Assembly: GCF_006345805.1 (NCBI RefSeq)
Contig: NC_042999.1
Span: forward strand, 29,512,001 to 29,576,000
Length of the DNA stretch: 64,000 nucleotides
Source of the DNA: Octopus sinensis
Taxonomy: Eukaryota
Direction: 5' to 3'
Shown: positions 13,089 through 27,396 of the stretch, piece by piece
Numbering within the stretch: the first letter of the stretch is position 1
Layout of the letters: each line of letters begins with the position of its first letter
Position numbers and translations under genes: made by a program
The notes under the pieces: generated by a model
Told to the model about the DNA's origin: nothing
The model's database searches: none
What the model saw: the letters and a program-made list of their open reading frames with translations, nothing else

Positions 13089-15046
13089 CGTGTGTGTGTC
13101 TGTGTGTGTATTTGTGTGCGTGTGTGTGTGTGTGAGTGTGTGTGTATACGTAAATGTACACTCTAAGCTCATTCTAGAACTTTATGTATACTGCTGTTCA
13201 GTTATCATGTAAAATAAGGGTATTTTCGTTTCATTTTCGAGTATACATAAGAAATTGAACAATTTTTGAGAAGAAATATAGGGAGGTATGCTAGATATAT
13301 AGCTATTTGTTTTACAGATCGAACGCTACTGCTTTAAATGTTCTGACAATGAATATATAAAAATATAGACGCATGATTACGACAGGGACCCTTCTTTTCA
13401 TAAGCCAGATATATAAGAAGTGAGCGTTGTTTCAACAGTAAGAAATACGAAAACAATTTTTGTATTTTTCTTTAAATTCCCTTAATGCTACATTTCGATA
13501 CTTCGCCGGTAAATAGAATTACATCTATTCATAACAAACAATAGGGCTAAAGAATTACTTCAACAGTTTTTTTTTAATATTTGCTACACGGCAATCGGTT
13601 TGGCCTGATAACAAGATTAATCAACAAGTCCCAAATTGCAATAATACTGACTTCATTGAAACATACGTCCAAAATACTACAAAGTAAACACAAATATATA
13701 ACATTTTACGTGTTGAAATTTTTCTTAAAATACGTTTTCTTCAAAACGATACCTTAAAATTTGTATCAATGTTTCCCTGATTTACATTCATTGATATGTT
13801 TATTTATTATTTGTTGTCGCCGTTTCAATCAGCGTTGATGTGAGGCTAATCAGTAATAACATCCGCTCTTGAAATATATTTATTTCTATATAAGTAATAG
13901 TAAAATTAAAAAGAAGAAACGAAACCAATCTTACTGATATTGACGTATCTGAAGCGTTGAATCCAACTACGCAATTCAATTCTGCAAAAACTGCTTCAAA
14001 GTATGCTATGATGAGATTTCCTATTGTGCATTGAACAGGTTAACACTTCTGCCTGGAAATAGCTTCCTTATAATGAGATCTTTGCTATCTTCGTGTATTT
14101 AATTGCAGGCCTGTTGAGAATTTTGCATGCAGTTAATGACAAATACAACATTGGATATAATGAGGATGTTAATTAACACTAGATTTCTCTAATTAGCAAT
14201 CAGTTATTCCTTCACATTTGTATTGCGCTCTGTTGATATGGGTAATAGCTTATGTGGTTTCGAATTATATACATTACCCACCTGTATTTGTATACAAACA
14301 ATGCATAAACTGATATGAAAAAGATATATAATTGAAGGAAACAAAGTGATTTGTATGTTATAATAGCAGCGTGTAATGTTATAGCGGTGTTACAGATATA
14401 GGAAAAGTAATATATGTCAACTGACGTAAGATTTAATAGCACGTATATCTATATATAAATTATCTTTCCAAGATCTATGGAAGAGATGGCTTAAACTAAA
14501 CGCAATAGAAAATTAATTTGGAGAGTTATTTTCAGCTAAAGCCGATGGAGAAATTTCCGCATATAGAACAAAAATAATTAAAAATATTTTATTGATTCTC
14601 AGGCATTACAATGAATTGTGTCACACGCAAATAACTCATAGTACTATGATTGAATCATGTTTCGTTCGACTTTGACTATCTTATTATCCTGAACAGAAAT
14701 ACGCCTGTATTATACGGGTACTTGAAGTCTATTTCCTAAACGAATTCACTGAGACATAAAATTTGTTGCGTGTAGCCAACATTACTTCAGATTTTGACTT
14801 CATTTCTAAACGTTAGTCTCACTCTAGTTAATTTTATATTTTGAAGTGTTAAGATAGAATTATCAATAATAACGTAGTTATCGTGTATATTTGAGTAGAT
14901 TCAAATGTTATTCATTCAACATTTCACTGATGATGTTTGGAAACAAAGAATTTGAAATCGCAATAGAGGCACCGCAAGTATTCTTTCTGAAAACTACTTT
15001 CTATAGACTTATAACGTTAGTTTCTGATATGTGTATGTGTGTGTTT

Positions 15047-15104
<58 letters not shown>

Positions 15105-15469
15105 TGTGTGTGGTGTGTGTGTTGCGGGCATAGTATAAAAGTCAGTAAGGACAAGTGTACAGAAATGTTCATTACCGAAGATTAACAAAAGAGTTTCAGT
15201 AGATATTTTATATAACTTTCGTGAAAAATTCAAGCGAATGGAATGAATATCTCGTAATTTATGAGGAAATAAACAAATAATCTTCCAAACTGCAACGGCC
15301 GAAAGTTAAGTGTTACTTAGAGAAACAATGAAAAAATTGAATACGAACAAAAGAAAAACCCTTACTGATAATAATTTTTGAACATCCCTCTATTATCAAT
15401 GACCTCACATCTATTACCAGAGGAGTGAATCAATTTCTTGCAAAATTATGAAGTAATATTGTTCCATTC

Positions 15470-16500
15470 GTTTTTCAATAATTCCCAGAGTTCATTTTGC
15501 TTCTCTGGATTTCTCCTTCGCCAGTAATCTTCCAGATGTTTTCTGTAGCATTAAGATTGGAACTTTGTGTTGGCCAGTTCATAAGATCAAACCCCTCCAC
15601 CACACAAAAAATCCTTGACCCTCTTCGCGGGGTGACAAGGAGAGTTGACCTGCATGAAGATAGAAGGTTGAACTGTCGAGTATCAGAGGTGTGGAAGGGC
15701 ATGCTGTCTATGTATCTGCTTGTAGATTTCAGCATTGGGAGTTACTTGTAGGTGAATAATTGTACCGCGTCCAGCATCAGACATCACTCCCCATACCATT
15801 ACACTGCCTCTTATATATTTCATTGTCTCTTTCACCGACAAGATAACCTTTTGTCATTTAATCGCCGGACGGGACGTACTTCCCGCCGTCGGAACCACTA
15901 TCATTAAACATCGATTCATCACTAAAATTAACATGTTTTTGTCAAAAGCTCTAGCGAAATGAAGACGGGAACTCTGAATCTCCTTGGAGATCAGAGGTTT
16001 CTTTGTCGGTGTCCGAGCAAGCAGCCCAGAACATTGCAGCCGCCGAAAAACTGTTTTGCGCGTTACGTTCTCAGCTAATCCAGCGGGTGCAGAAACGTTA
16101 GCACGCCGGGCGGAATGCGTAGCCGTATTTCGTCTGCCGTTACGTTTGAGTTCAAATTCCGCCGAGGTCGACTTTACCTTTCATCCTTTCGGGGTCGATA
16201 AATTAAGTACCAGTTACGCACTGGGGTCAATGTAATTGACTTAATCCCTTTGTCTGTCCCCTCTATGTTTAGCCTCTTGTGGACAATAAGGAAATGTATC
16301 CGAGCAGCACTCTTAAACCTATCCTTCAGTGACCTTCTAACCATAAACATTCTTGTTTTGGTGACGTTTTATGTGGTCTACCGGTATTACACTTTAGGCA
16401 TTTGTCGATACAGATGACTGAAAAGGAGCTACAATTCGTTACATAGCACTTCTAGACATTTCTACAGTAGTTGCTATTACGGAATTGTACTTGCCCATTT
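15470..16500 (-). mobile_element. Decayed Tc1-like (DD34E) transposase, interrupted by a SINE
   Basis: Minus-strand motifs are GRPHKT, FSDESMF, GSVMVWGVMSDAG and WPTQSSNLNATENIW (consensus WPSQSPDLNPIENLW). Confidence 0.85.
16086..16295 (+). mobile_element. tRNA-derived SINE family B, nested in the Tc1 relic
   Basis: Contains gcagaaacgttagcacgccggg...gagttcaaattccgccgaggtcgacttt...cctttcggggtcgataaa. It is homologous to 25174 (-) and 63880 (+). Confidence 0.88.
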
Positions 16501-16619
16501 AGTGACACACACAACGCTTTGTTGTTCATCAAAGCACGCTGGTTGTCTCTCACAAGCCGCCTTGTTGGTAATGAATGTTTCAATAATATACATATACATA
16601 TATAATATACATATACATA

Positions 16620-17033
16620 GGCGCAGGAGTGGCTGTGTGGTAAGTAGCTTGTTTACCAACTACATGGTTCCGGGTTCAGTCCCACTCGTGGCACCTTGGG
16701 CAAGTGTCTTCTACTATAGCCTCGGGTCGACCAAAGCCTTGTGAGTGTATTTGGTAGACGGAAACTGAAAGAAGCCCGTCGTATATATGTATATATATGT
16801 ATGTATATGTATATGTTTGTGTGTCTGTATTTGTCCCATCCAACATCACTTGACAACCGATGCTGGTGTGTTTATGTCCCCGTTACTTAGCGGTTCAGCA
16901 AAGAGACCGATAGAATAAGTACTGGGCTTACAAAGAATAAGTCCCGGGGTCGAGTTGCTTGATTAAAGGCGGCACTCCAGCATGGCCGCAGTCAAATTGC
17001 TGAAACAAGTAAAAGAGTAAAAGAGAGTAAAGA
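16620..17033 (+). mobile_element. SINE family A, full length
   Basis: Colinear with 1451-1907 and has a (gtaaaaga)n tail. Confidence 0.9.
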
Positions 17034-20000
17034 TTATATATGATCATTTGTCTACAGTTCAACATGTAAAGAACGATATCAGCTAACTATCCACAAGAAG
17101 GTACCTAAGCCTCGAAAGCTATATTTTATACATTCACCCACACACTACTCGAAGGGATCACACGTCTCTAAACGTGGATGGCAGCTAATTGTGTTAAGGA
17201 TATATGCACGATACATGCACAACTACAAGTGCGTGCAGGGATAACGATTGTTTTCACTTCACTGTCTCGTTTGATTTGGTGACTACAGAAACATCGAAAA
17301 GACTCTGCAAGGGCATTTTTGAGTATCATATTCCAAATTTTCACACTCCTGGAGATCATAATACCCATCTCTGTCTCCACCAAAGTCTACACGTATTCCA
17401 CTAACCAACAGTGCCATTCAACAGGAAGAATGTATCTTAGCAAACTCTAAGCTAGTAGTAAGCAAATATATAGCAGAGTACGTCAATCTTCTCTGTGTGA
17501 AATTAAATTCTCTCTCACCAAGAAAATGAAGAGTATCTTTTGCCTATGTTATATAAGCATTTAACGATGAAACGTACTCACAAATAAGTTTTCTCTCTCT
17601 ATGTTACCCTTCAGCTATTCCTGAGGATAATTAACGAGCAAGGAAACGTGATATAGCATTGATTCGGTATAAGGTATGGTTAAATTTCTTTTATCATACA
17701 TGTAATCATGATAAGTCGTCGTATACAAGTTGAGCAGTAGGAATCGAAACGATGTGTTATCTAAGCATCGTCTGGGCAGATTCGAAACTGAGTACGCTAA
17801 TCACTTTATGATGTGTGTGTGAACGCGTGTGTGTATGTATTTGTGTGTGTGTGTGTGTTTCTGTGTTCAGTGTGACCCGCCGTAAAATATATACAGAATT
17901 CACTGCTGACTGATAACTAATTATTTCATGATTTTAGCACCAGATTAACTTCTCGTTGCCATCAGAGACAAACTCGCACTCATTTATCCAGCTTCGTTAA
18001 ACTGCTACAATAAGGGAGAATCCGCTGGTAAGAACAAAGTAAGTTGAATACGAAGATCCATAAATTCCTGCAATACAAATACATAGCCTCTATCAAGAAA
18101 ACTAATATTTGACGCTCCCTCTTCATTTCAATATGCTTGTCAGGTAACATGATATTTTTTCTACATGAATGAGATGTGTGAACATTTGTTGTTTAATGCT
18201 GCCACTGGAGATTGGAGACAGACAACGCTTTAAGATGTCTGTATCAAAGACTTACTGTAGAAAAAACAAAATGTTTGAAAACAGAGAGCGTCAGGAGATG
18301 ACTTACAACGCCTTTGGATGTAGTCATTGCAAATGGAAATGTCATTCTCATGTGTGTTTCTGTAAGCCCATTTAATACTGCTCTGTGAATAACATCAAAG
18401 AAAGCTACTTCGGTTTCAGATTTATAGACATAGAGACGCAGAGATGCATACACATTCATGTTGTCATATATATACAATGATTATTATAATTACGAGTATA
18501 ATTATAATTAGGGTTAGGCAAAAAATTTGCTTCACCACACGCCGAACTTTACAAATAGCAGCCAAAGATCCTAGCAATTTCTTCTACTGTAAGAAACAAC
18601 CCCCAGACAATATATACTCAAAAACAATTCACGTAGGCAGAGAGGAAAAACAACGAAATTCACTCGGCATTTAATTAACTGTGGACGCGTTTCGGAATTA
18701 GATAGATGTGAAAAATTCCTTTTGGGGTTTCATTTAAGACCGTTTGGAAGAAATAAAATCCTTATATAAATCTATGTTTTTGAATATAGCCCTGCGTGTT
18801 TCATTTTAAATTGACAACCACTGTGCCACGTATTTGCTTATTTAGAGAAACCTTCTTAGCACCTTAACAGTAATCTCAAACATTAGAATAGAATATAAAG
18901 AAGCTATTTTGTTCAACATTTAATTCTTCGTCATGATTATCTATTTTGTAGATACATTCACTTCAATGGATCTCGTTCAGAAATTCCTATTTTCGCTCGC
19001 TTTCTTACGCCAAGAATTTCATTTTTGCAGTGATTGTTGTACGTTGAAATTGTTTGCTTGAATAGTTGCATTTAGAGACGTAGATTCTGATCAAAGGAAT
19101 AACAAATCGTATCAACGCTCAATCTTTAGACTAAGACACATTTTGCAATCCTTATGCTTCCATCTTCGTCTGAACAAATTATTGCAACTCCGCTTTCGGG
19201 ATTTGTCGTACGTCACAACGAGGATATATGTTCGAAATGATCTGGAGCGTGTAGTTGCTTTAACAGTAATTCATACATTACAAAGCATTAATATATCTTC
19301 AAAATCTTGCCTCACTGGGTTTTTGAGTGATATGACATTGAGTAGTAAATAACAAAAAAAACTATGTCTACTCTCATACACTCACGCACACGCATACACA
19401 CAGATACACACACACACACACACTCATGTACATATATACCCATTGTACACAGTATGGACGTTCAACCGAAAAGATGTCAGTTGAAAGGGATCTATGCGGT
19501 ACCTGTAACAAGGAACCTTTAAATTTTACATCAGTTGCGACAGATGTGTTTTAAATATACCATCGCATTATCTCTATTGTTTCTCCCTCGGTCTTTTTCT
19601 CGCTTCCTTCTCTATATCTCTCTTCTCGTGTATGTTGCTGTAAGTTTCCTCCAGCGTAAATGAATACATTCTTTTTACAAGTGGCATGGCTAGTACGCCT
19701 ATTATTTTATGTCCATTAGACCAGAACTGACGTAATGCGAATCGCCAACTGCATCATTCTGTTTAGATGCAACCAAACTTGCCCCACTGCTTAAAAAACA
19801 ATCATAACGTCGTCGTTACAACCGCTATCATAAAACAACAAATTAAAATCGACACCAGCAAAAGAAAAATATCCACAATGTTATAAAAACAATATAAATA
19901 TTTGTAGTTATTTCCTCATTAACAAAACTATTGCCAAAGTATGAAATAGTCAATTTAGAAATGCCTAGCATGACAGAATACATTTTGCTGTGATCATATT

Positions 20001-20794
20001 CAAGATCGATATGTGAACACAACGTCAAAAATTGATGAGATTGAAAACCACTCTAAATAAATAAAATATTTATTTCTAAAAGATGAAAAGGTTTCACTAA
20101 AATTATTAATGGAGTAGATTGATCTGAGAAACAGTAATTTATTCCAGGAACTAGAATTACCAGAATACATTTTGTCCCACATAATGGAACCCTAAAATAT
20201 CAAGCGAATACTTTGTTTATATATTCGATGCGAAAACGGTTTATGAGACAATATGTTTTTTTCTATACGATATTTCTCTATAGCTCGTTGACTTACATAA
20301 TTCGTTAAGCCAATGTAGTATATCACTACAATATCTCTAAATGCTTAATTTAAAGACTAATCGCTTTCTATGGATGGCGACGCTTCTACTACGACTTAAG
20401 ACAGAAGTGGATACTCTGAAATGCCTTTTCGGAATATATACGAGGGTATTTCAATATGATTTCTTTTCTGATAATTTTGCGTTAATGTTACTTCAAATTT
20501 GAACACTGACAGTTTTGAAAATGACAATGATGTTGATGATTGTCGTAATGATCATATTCATGATGAAGAAAAAGAAGAAATGAGTGAAAGGTGGCGGTTG
20601 GAGGATTTGATGTCAAGACGTCAATCCTTAAAATTCAACGCAAAATCACTCTACACCAAAACGTTCACATACACACACACGCGCACACACACACATGCAC
20701 GCACACACATATACACGCATTGAAGCAAGCAGACATATGCATGTATACGTATATATATATATATATATATATGTCGCTCTGTGTGCGTGTATAC

Positions 20795-20830
<36 letters not shown>

Positions 20831-21489
20831 GGGGGTGAACAAAGAGAAAGACCCCACAATACTACATACATACGACTCCTGTCTAATCTGCCACCAGACA
20901 AATTAAATTTGAGTGCCTTAGTTATAAGTAAACATATTCAATCAACCGTGTCGACCTTGTTTTGGGGCACAAACTATTCTGTAACGTGACACTAATGCAC
21001 GAATGTAGCAGGAAATTTACCAAAGCTTAAAAACTTAATCATGTGTTCATTCTCTACTTGACAGATATTATTCAGAGTATTGATTGTTTTGACTTGTGCA
21101 GTCAACCGTGTCAGCATCAGGTTATGACGCCAAACATTTTGACTTGATATAGAAACACGGACGTAACCAGTCATATGACTACCTTTACCAATCAAATCCT
21201 ATTCAAAACATATACTAATTTGAGTCATGAAATCCCTATAAAATAGGGCAAGCTTCAAACACTAGTTAAATGCAAGGCGGCTGCAACATAAAGCACTTCT
21301 CTCTTTCAAACTTTTATCAAAATCAGTTTCAACTGTGAAAAGAGTTAAAGCATAAAATATAAAAAAAAAAAAAAAACTATTTGCAATGCATATTCTTGGT
21401 ATAATCCTACTCGTGTTCAATAAAATAATCTTGTTTTCTATATATATAGGAGAGTTATGGAACAAATGCAGATTTCCGATATACCGGAT

Positions 21490-23170
21490 ATATAATTGCT
21501 AAAGCGGACAACAAACGCTCAGGCAAGACAAAATTATCATCTCATATACGCTATTATTATTGGAGGAATTTAAATTGTTACAGCTGCTTCTGTGATATCA
21601 CATAGAATGCAAAATTCCGTCACCGGCGACAAATAGGGAAAATGCGAATGGTATAGATTACTGAAACGTTGACATAGAGGGTGGGCGAAAAGGAATATAG
21701 AAATGAAAAAGAAAAGGAAAAAAATAAGCATTCCAATTTTCGATAGTGTAGTTGTTAGTCCAAAAGTCCTTAAATGCAATCTTGCGTAAATCCATGTATG
21801 CTTATAGCTTTAATAATGCAAATATTCAGAGATAAATGCGAACGGATACCAATGCACCGTACACAATATATTAAATAATTACAATAGCTACTTTATTGGA
21901 TCAATCCCTAATGTTAGACAAATATATTCTGCACATTGAAACTCATTTAAATATAAAGAACGTAGCAATCCCACTTCACTAGCCATTCACGTACACCATA
22001 TAATTAATTGAAATATACAATACAGGTTATGCGGGGCCAACATGGATTCCGGCATCCCATATCAGGGCCTACTCCAATTCTGGACTCTCCCTATAAGAAT
22101 CCCTCAAACTTCACCACAATTGCTTAACAAACGCAATAAAGCATTCTCAACGATTTCTGCACAAATTCTTCTGCATTTTCAAATTATTCCTTAAATTAAA
22201 ATCTAAACATGGCCCAACACATAACACTCATATACATACCTCCATGATTGTTAATACATCCTCTAGTATAGCTCTTCCATCAATATTAGTAGTTTATATG
22301 ATAACTGTTAAATCTTTCATTTTTTAAACCTTAGACTATAACATCCACTAATATTTAGTTGTAACTCTTATTCCTAAATAATTTAACATCCAAATAATTT
22401 CTCCATTTACGACTGCCAACACACTCACAATCCCATAGCTAAAAGTATTTCTACACCCACTGACCCTATCCACATTTATTACTACTAGATATCCTCCCCG
22501 ATCCCTAAAAACTAGAAGAATAGAACTGGCACATACAATCCTGTTTGAACCCCTTTCATTTTACATGTTTACGTTATCTTCCATTACCTCCGCGTCTCTC
22601 TTTATGTAACCTTATATATCTATTTATCTACTTGTTTATTTTTGTACCTTATATTTTTAAATATCTGATTATGTCCTTCATACCAGTCGTTGCTTTCCTT
22701 ATCCACTTTCCCTACCTCTTGCTTCTCTACCAATACCTTCCTGTCTTTCTATTTATTTTCCTTTCTATTTATCCATTAATAGGAACCTGCGCAATCATTC
22801 TCTTACGAAACTTCGATACGTTCACATTTATCTCTAGCTATTTACACTATTAAAGCTATAACTATACATGGATTTAAACAGGACCCACATAAGGACTTAT
22901 GGACTAACAACTACAATATCTGAAAATGAAATTATATTTAACTTTTTTCTCTATATTTCTTTATTCTTTTCCTGCTGTCTTCTATTTCACAATTTCATTA
23001 ATCTATACCCTTCATATTTTATATATTTGTCTCCGATAAGGAAATATCTCATACTTTGATATATCCCAGAAACAAAAGTAAGACTTAAATTTTTCAAATA
23101 AATAATAGCATATAAGAGTTGAGATATTTGCCTTGATTTAGCGTTTCTTGTCCTTTTTATCAATTATATA
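21490..23170 (+). mobile_element. Penelope-like element remnant: inverted terminal repeat (21490-21850), GIY-YIG remnant (21847-22190), 3' region and terminal repeat with HHR (22815-23170)
   Basis: Translation from 21847 reads YQCTVHN..NSYFIGS..RQIYSAH*NSFKYKERSNPTSLAIH, and later LLNKRN. The segment 21490-21850 is a diverged reverse complement of 22815-23170. Both arms carry a degenerate HHR. Confidence 0.72.
23029..23084 (+). ncRNA. Degenerate type I hammerhead ribozyme (family H2)
   Basis: Sequence is gtct-CCGATAA-[stem II]-GAAAC-aaaa-GTA-agac, with a perfect gtct/agac stem I. The mirror copy at 21575-21630 (-) reads CCGGTGA...GAAGC-AGCT-GTA. Confidence 0.55.
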
Positions 23171-23189
23171 TATGTATAAACACCTATAC

Positions 23190-23228
<39 letters not shown>

Positions 23229-23872
23229 TATGAAGATCAACAAATTATTAATGATGAAACTTTATAGAAATAAATAGCATAGGAATAACGAATCTTTTAA
23301 ATTTTTCCGTACTTTCTTGTCCGCTTACATCCAGCGTGCTCTGTACGAGAACGTATTTTTCGTGGTTTGAAGATCTAACATCTTTCAGCAATGAAAGGAA
23401 GCCATACAGTGGTTTTCCACTTACGTTATGTTTATACATGCATACACTCACACACACACACATACATATATACACACACACACATACACGCGCGCACACA
23501 CACACAGAGATATATATATAAATAATTTACATTCTACAGATAATTTCTATGCATACTGACCACTGGAATAGATTATTATTTTTAATAAATTTTACATTTA
23601 ATATGAATATTTTTGTTCTTCATTCAGGTAATTCACTGCTGAATTTTTATTCACTTCTTATTTATTCTGGCCTAACCGGTTGCTTGAAGACATGGGAACT
23701 GAATTAGATAGGATCGTTATGCACATGCGTTTTTTTTTTTAGGTTTGCAAGTATACCTATCCGGCAGTTTCTAATATAGATCTACTGATAATTGTTTAAC
23801 TATTCAAAGTGAAACTTCGAGAAATAACTGGTTTTCTAAATTGTTTTCACATTATGTTTCCTGCTTACACAG

Positions 23873-24303
23873 TACTCTTTTACTCTTTTACTCTTTTACT
23901 CTTTTACTTGTTTCAGTCATTTGACTGCGGCCATGCTGGAGCACCGCCTTTAATCGAGAAAATCGACCCCGGGACTTATTCTTTGTAAGCCCAGTACTTA
24001 TTCTATCGATCCTTTTGCCGAACCGCTAAGTTACGGGGACGTAAACACACCAGCATCGGTTGTCAAGAAATGCTAGGGGGACAAACACAGACACACAAAC
24101 ATATACACAAACACTTATATTTATATATATACATATATACGACAGGCTTCTTTCAGTTTCCGTCTACGAAATCCACTCACAAGGTATTGGTCGGCCCGGG
24201 GCTATAGCAGAAGACACTTGCCCAAGATTCCACGCAGTGGGACTGAACCTGGAACCATGTGGTTGGTTAGCAAGCTATTTACCACACAGCCACTCCTTCG
24301 CCT
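23873..24303 (-). mobile_element. SINE family A, full length, reverse orientation
   Basis: Reverse complement of the family A sequence, with a (tactcttt)n tail at the left. Confidence 0.9.
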
Positions 24304-25173
24304 ATAGTAGGTGCTATGCATGAGAAAGTATTTTTCGTGACTTGAAGATCTGATATCTTTTTTCAGCAATGCAAGGAAACTACTTAGAGCTTTTACTCTT
24401 AGTGTATAATTGGCTATGGTTATACACACGCTCACACTCACACGCACATACACACATTCAAACACACACACACACACACTCGAACACACATGCACACACA
24501 CATACATATATTATGTTGATATTAGTATGATGTGCACGCAGAAGATAAATATATAACAATGGAACTATTTTAATCCAGATTTTTATATTATTGTATCAAT
24601 AGTGAGATGACATTGATATCAGTCAATTGTCATTTAAATTTGCATTGGTCAAAATTAAATATCTAATTAAGAATTAATTAATTATTATAACATTTATTTA
24701 TATGTTTTAATATTGACTATATAATGCTGTCATAAGTTAAAGTGCAGAACATCCTATAAGCAATCTCACTCCTCTGGTGGAATTCACGTAAATATTTCAA
24801 ATTCATAAAACATATGATCAATAGCATTTTCCATGTAAATTCAGTGAAATACTAATACAATTTAAGGAAAAGCCATGCACCACTGTCAATTCCAGATTGA
24901 AATAAAGATTCTGGGCAGCAGGTGGGATTGTTACAACTAGTTGGATATAAAGTAGAAACAAGATATTTACAAGAAATATTTATATATTTTAGGTACTAGT
25001 TTCTACACACACATTTAACTTTTTGAAAATTTGTTCATTTTCTCATTTGTTTCTATATGCTTATATGTATTCACACCCTTGTTTATGCAATTGCAAGCTT
25101 TTTCTACTCCCTGATATGCACAACTAATACAAATGTGTGCATTCAACCAATACATTTGGATAAACAGATATAC

Positions 25174-25398
25174 TTATTTCTTTATTGCCCACAAGGGGTT
25201 AAACATAGAGGGGACAAACAAGGACAGACAAAGAGATTAAGTCAATTACATCGACCCCAGTGCGTAAGTGGTACTTAATTTATCGACGCCGAAAGGAAGA
25301 AAGGCAAAGTCGACCTCGGCGGAATTTGAACTCAAAACATAGATGCAGACGAAATACCGCTAAAAATTTCGCCCGGTGTGCTAACGATTCTGCCAGCT
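25174..25398 (-). mobile_element. SINE family B, reverse orientation
   Basis: Reverse complement of 16086-16295. Confidence 0.88.
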
Positions 25399-25399
25399 A

Positions 25400-25882
25400 T
25401 ACTGGAATGTTTACCGGCTGATGTCTGTCGACTTTATATGCTCTCCAGTTTCTTATTTACTATGCATCACACCACCACTCACACACTAGCACTGATCATT
25501 TCCCAGCCCCACACCATCATCCACACACCTATGCATTCACACACGCACACACGCACGTGTCAAGGTCACCATCCCTCTTCCACACGCACGTACATGCTCT
25601 CCTATACATACGCACGCGCACCTTCGTTTTGGGATCACCACTACTTTATTATCTTCCCTTTTTCCAAGATCTCCTGTGTGAACTCTCAGTCCCGCATTCG
25701 CCATGATAGATCGCTAGACGCTACAAATTTTTACTTACTCTACCTGTTTCTGTGTTCCTCTCTGAGGAAGAGCGTAGGCTCGATACTTTCAAGACTTTTC
25801 TCTCCCCGAGCGTTAAACTAATATATTTGTTTGTTGTCGACACGACCTGACTTCGTCTTTTCTCTGTGAATTCTCACTATAT
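25400..25882 (+). mobile_element. Penelope-like 3' region and terminal repeat (family H1) with a degenerate HHR at 25757-25795
   Basis: Sequence is CTGAGGA-a-GAGC-gtag-GCTC-GATAC. Flanks are homologous to 415-570. The 5' boundary is uncertain. Confidence 0.55.
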
Positions 25883-25907
25883 ATGAATGTGTATATATAT
25901 ATATATG

Positions 25908-25959
<52 letters not shown>

Positions 25960-26789
25960 TACATATATATGTCAATATATACATTCCAATATTGTGTCTT
26001 ATAGACAGAAACGAATTCTAAGCATCAGAATGAAGCAGCTATCATATATATTTTTATTAAAATTTCGACATCCAGATTTATAAGCCTTAAAATAAGTAGA
26101 CTTAAGTTAAAATACTGTTGAAGTTTGACAATATATTATTAAAACTCGTTATTACTTGTTTTACTGAAATGGTGTATGAGTCTGAAATATCTTGAACTTA
26201 GCATAACAATACGCTACAGTGCAAATCACTTTTTTTCCTTTCCCCGTTTTTTCATCAAACTATATACATATGAAAGCGCATGGATACACACACATTCATG
26301 CTTCTAAGACGTTAAAGTATTTTCTCATATATTTTCATACGCAAGCATGTCCCAAGAAGTGAGCATTCATATATAAATATAAGTGCAAATAAATACATAC
26401 ATACACTCGCACACATACATGCGTATATACATACATACATGTATACATATATAATTATAACAGCTAAAAAGCAAGAAACGCTGCGGTTTCGTATTCCACC
26501 GGAGGCTGCATAGGGCAGATGAGATATTGTCACACGTTTTTACTATGAGAGCGAACTTCACTACGCGGTAAATGCAGTGAATTAGAGCTTAGAATGTATT
26601 ATATCACACTCATATTTTAACTAACTTAAAATTCATTCCTGCCAAATGAGAGGTTAATTCTCATGCTGCTGATTTCCACCGAGCGTGGGGTCAGATAACT
26701 CAACTAATCCAACGTTGTTTGAAATTGTTAGTCAAGTCTACCGCTTTAACCTTTCAGAATCACCTCATTTCGGTATTTCCCATTGATAA

Positions 26790-27050
26790 CAGTAAACTAG
26801 AAGAAAACTTTAAATTGAAGAGTAGATTCAAAATACATATTGTAAATAGGAACGCATTGATTAAGGACGCTATCAAAGTAACGAATAGGGAGAGAAGGGA
26901 TACGATGCGTAAGGAAAGAGAAAGAATGAAGTATGGGTAACGGAATATATTTGTAACATACGTACACACATAAGATCACGTATATAAATATATGGAAATA
27001 TGCACGTAAATACAAATCCATGCAAATATACCTATGGGTACAGCTATAAA
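26790..27050 (-). mobile_element. Internally deleted inverted copy of the Penelope-like 3' region at about 28960-29590
   Basis: The reverse complement of 26795-26850 matches 29533-29585 (tttacaatatgtattttgaa.ctactcttc.attt). The segment 26970-27020 matches 29005-29060. Confidence 0.7.
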
Positions 27051-27076
27051 CATACACTCTTACTTACACATATACA

Positions 27077-27154
<78 letters not shown>

Positions 27155-27396
27155 TGCATACAATGTAGCCATCCACATAAAATCCTATCTAAGACCTAAT
27201 GTATATATGCAAACGAAATTTCAGAGTGTCTTATAATAAAACTCGGATAAAATGAATAACATATAACGAATTATCTATAAATATAACGATTAAATGGGTT
27301 TGTAAAATACAATGAAATGAAATATAAATGAAATTACAATCTTAAACATATTATAAATCTACATAATAGCAGTATAGCATATTGTATATCTACAAA

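Noticed and set aside
17168-17383. ORF with a CR1/L2-like C-terminal RSVKIWN motif
   Set aside because: The similarity is too short to support a call.
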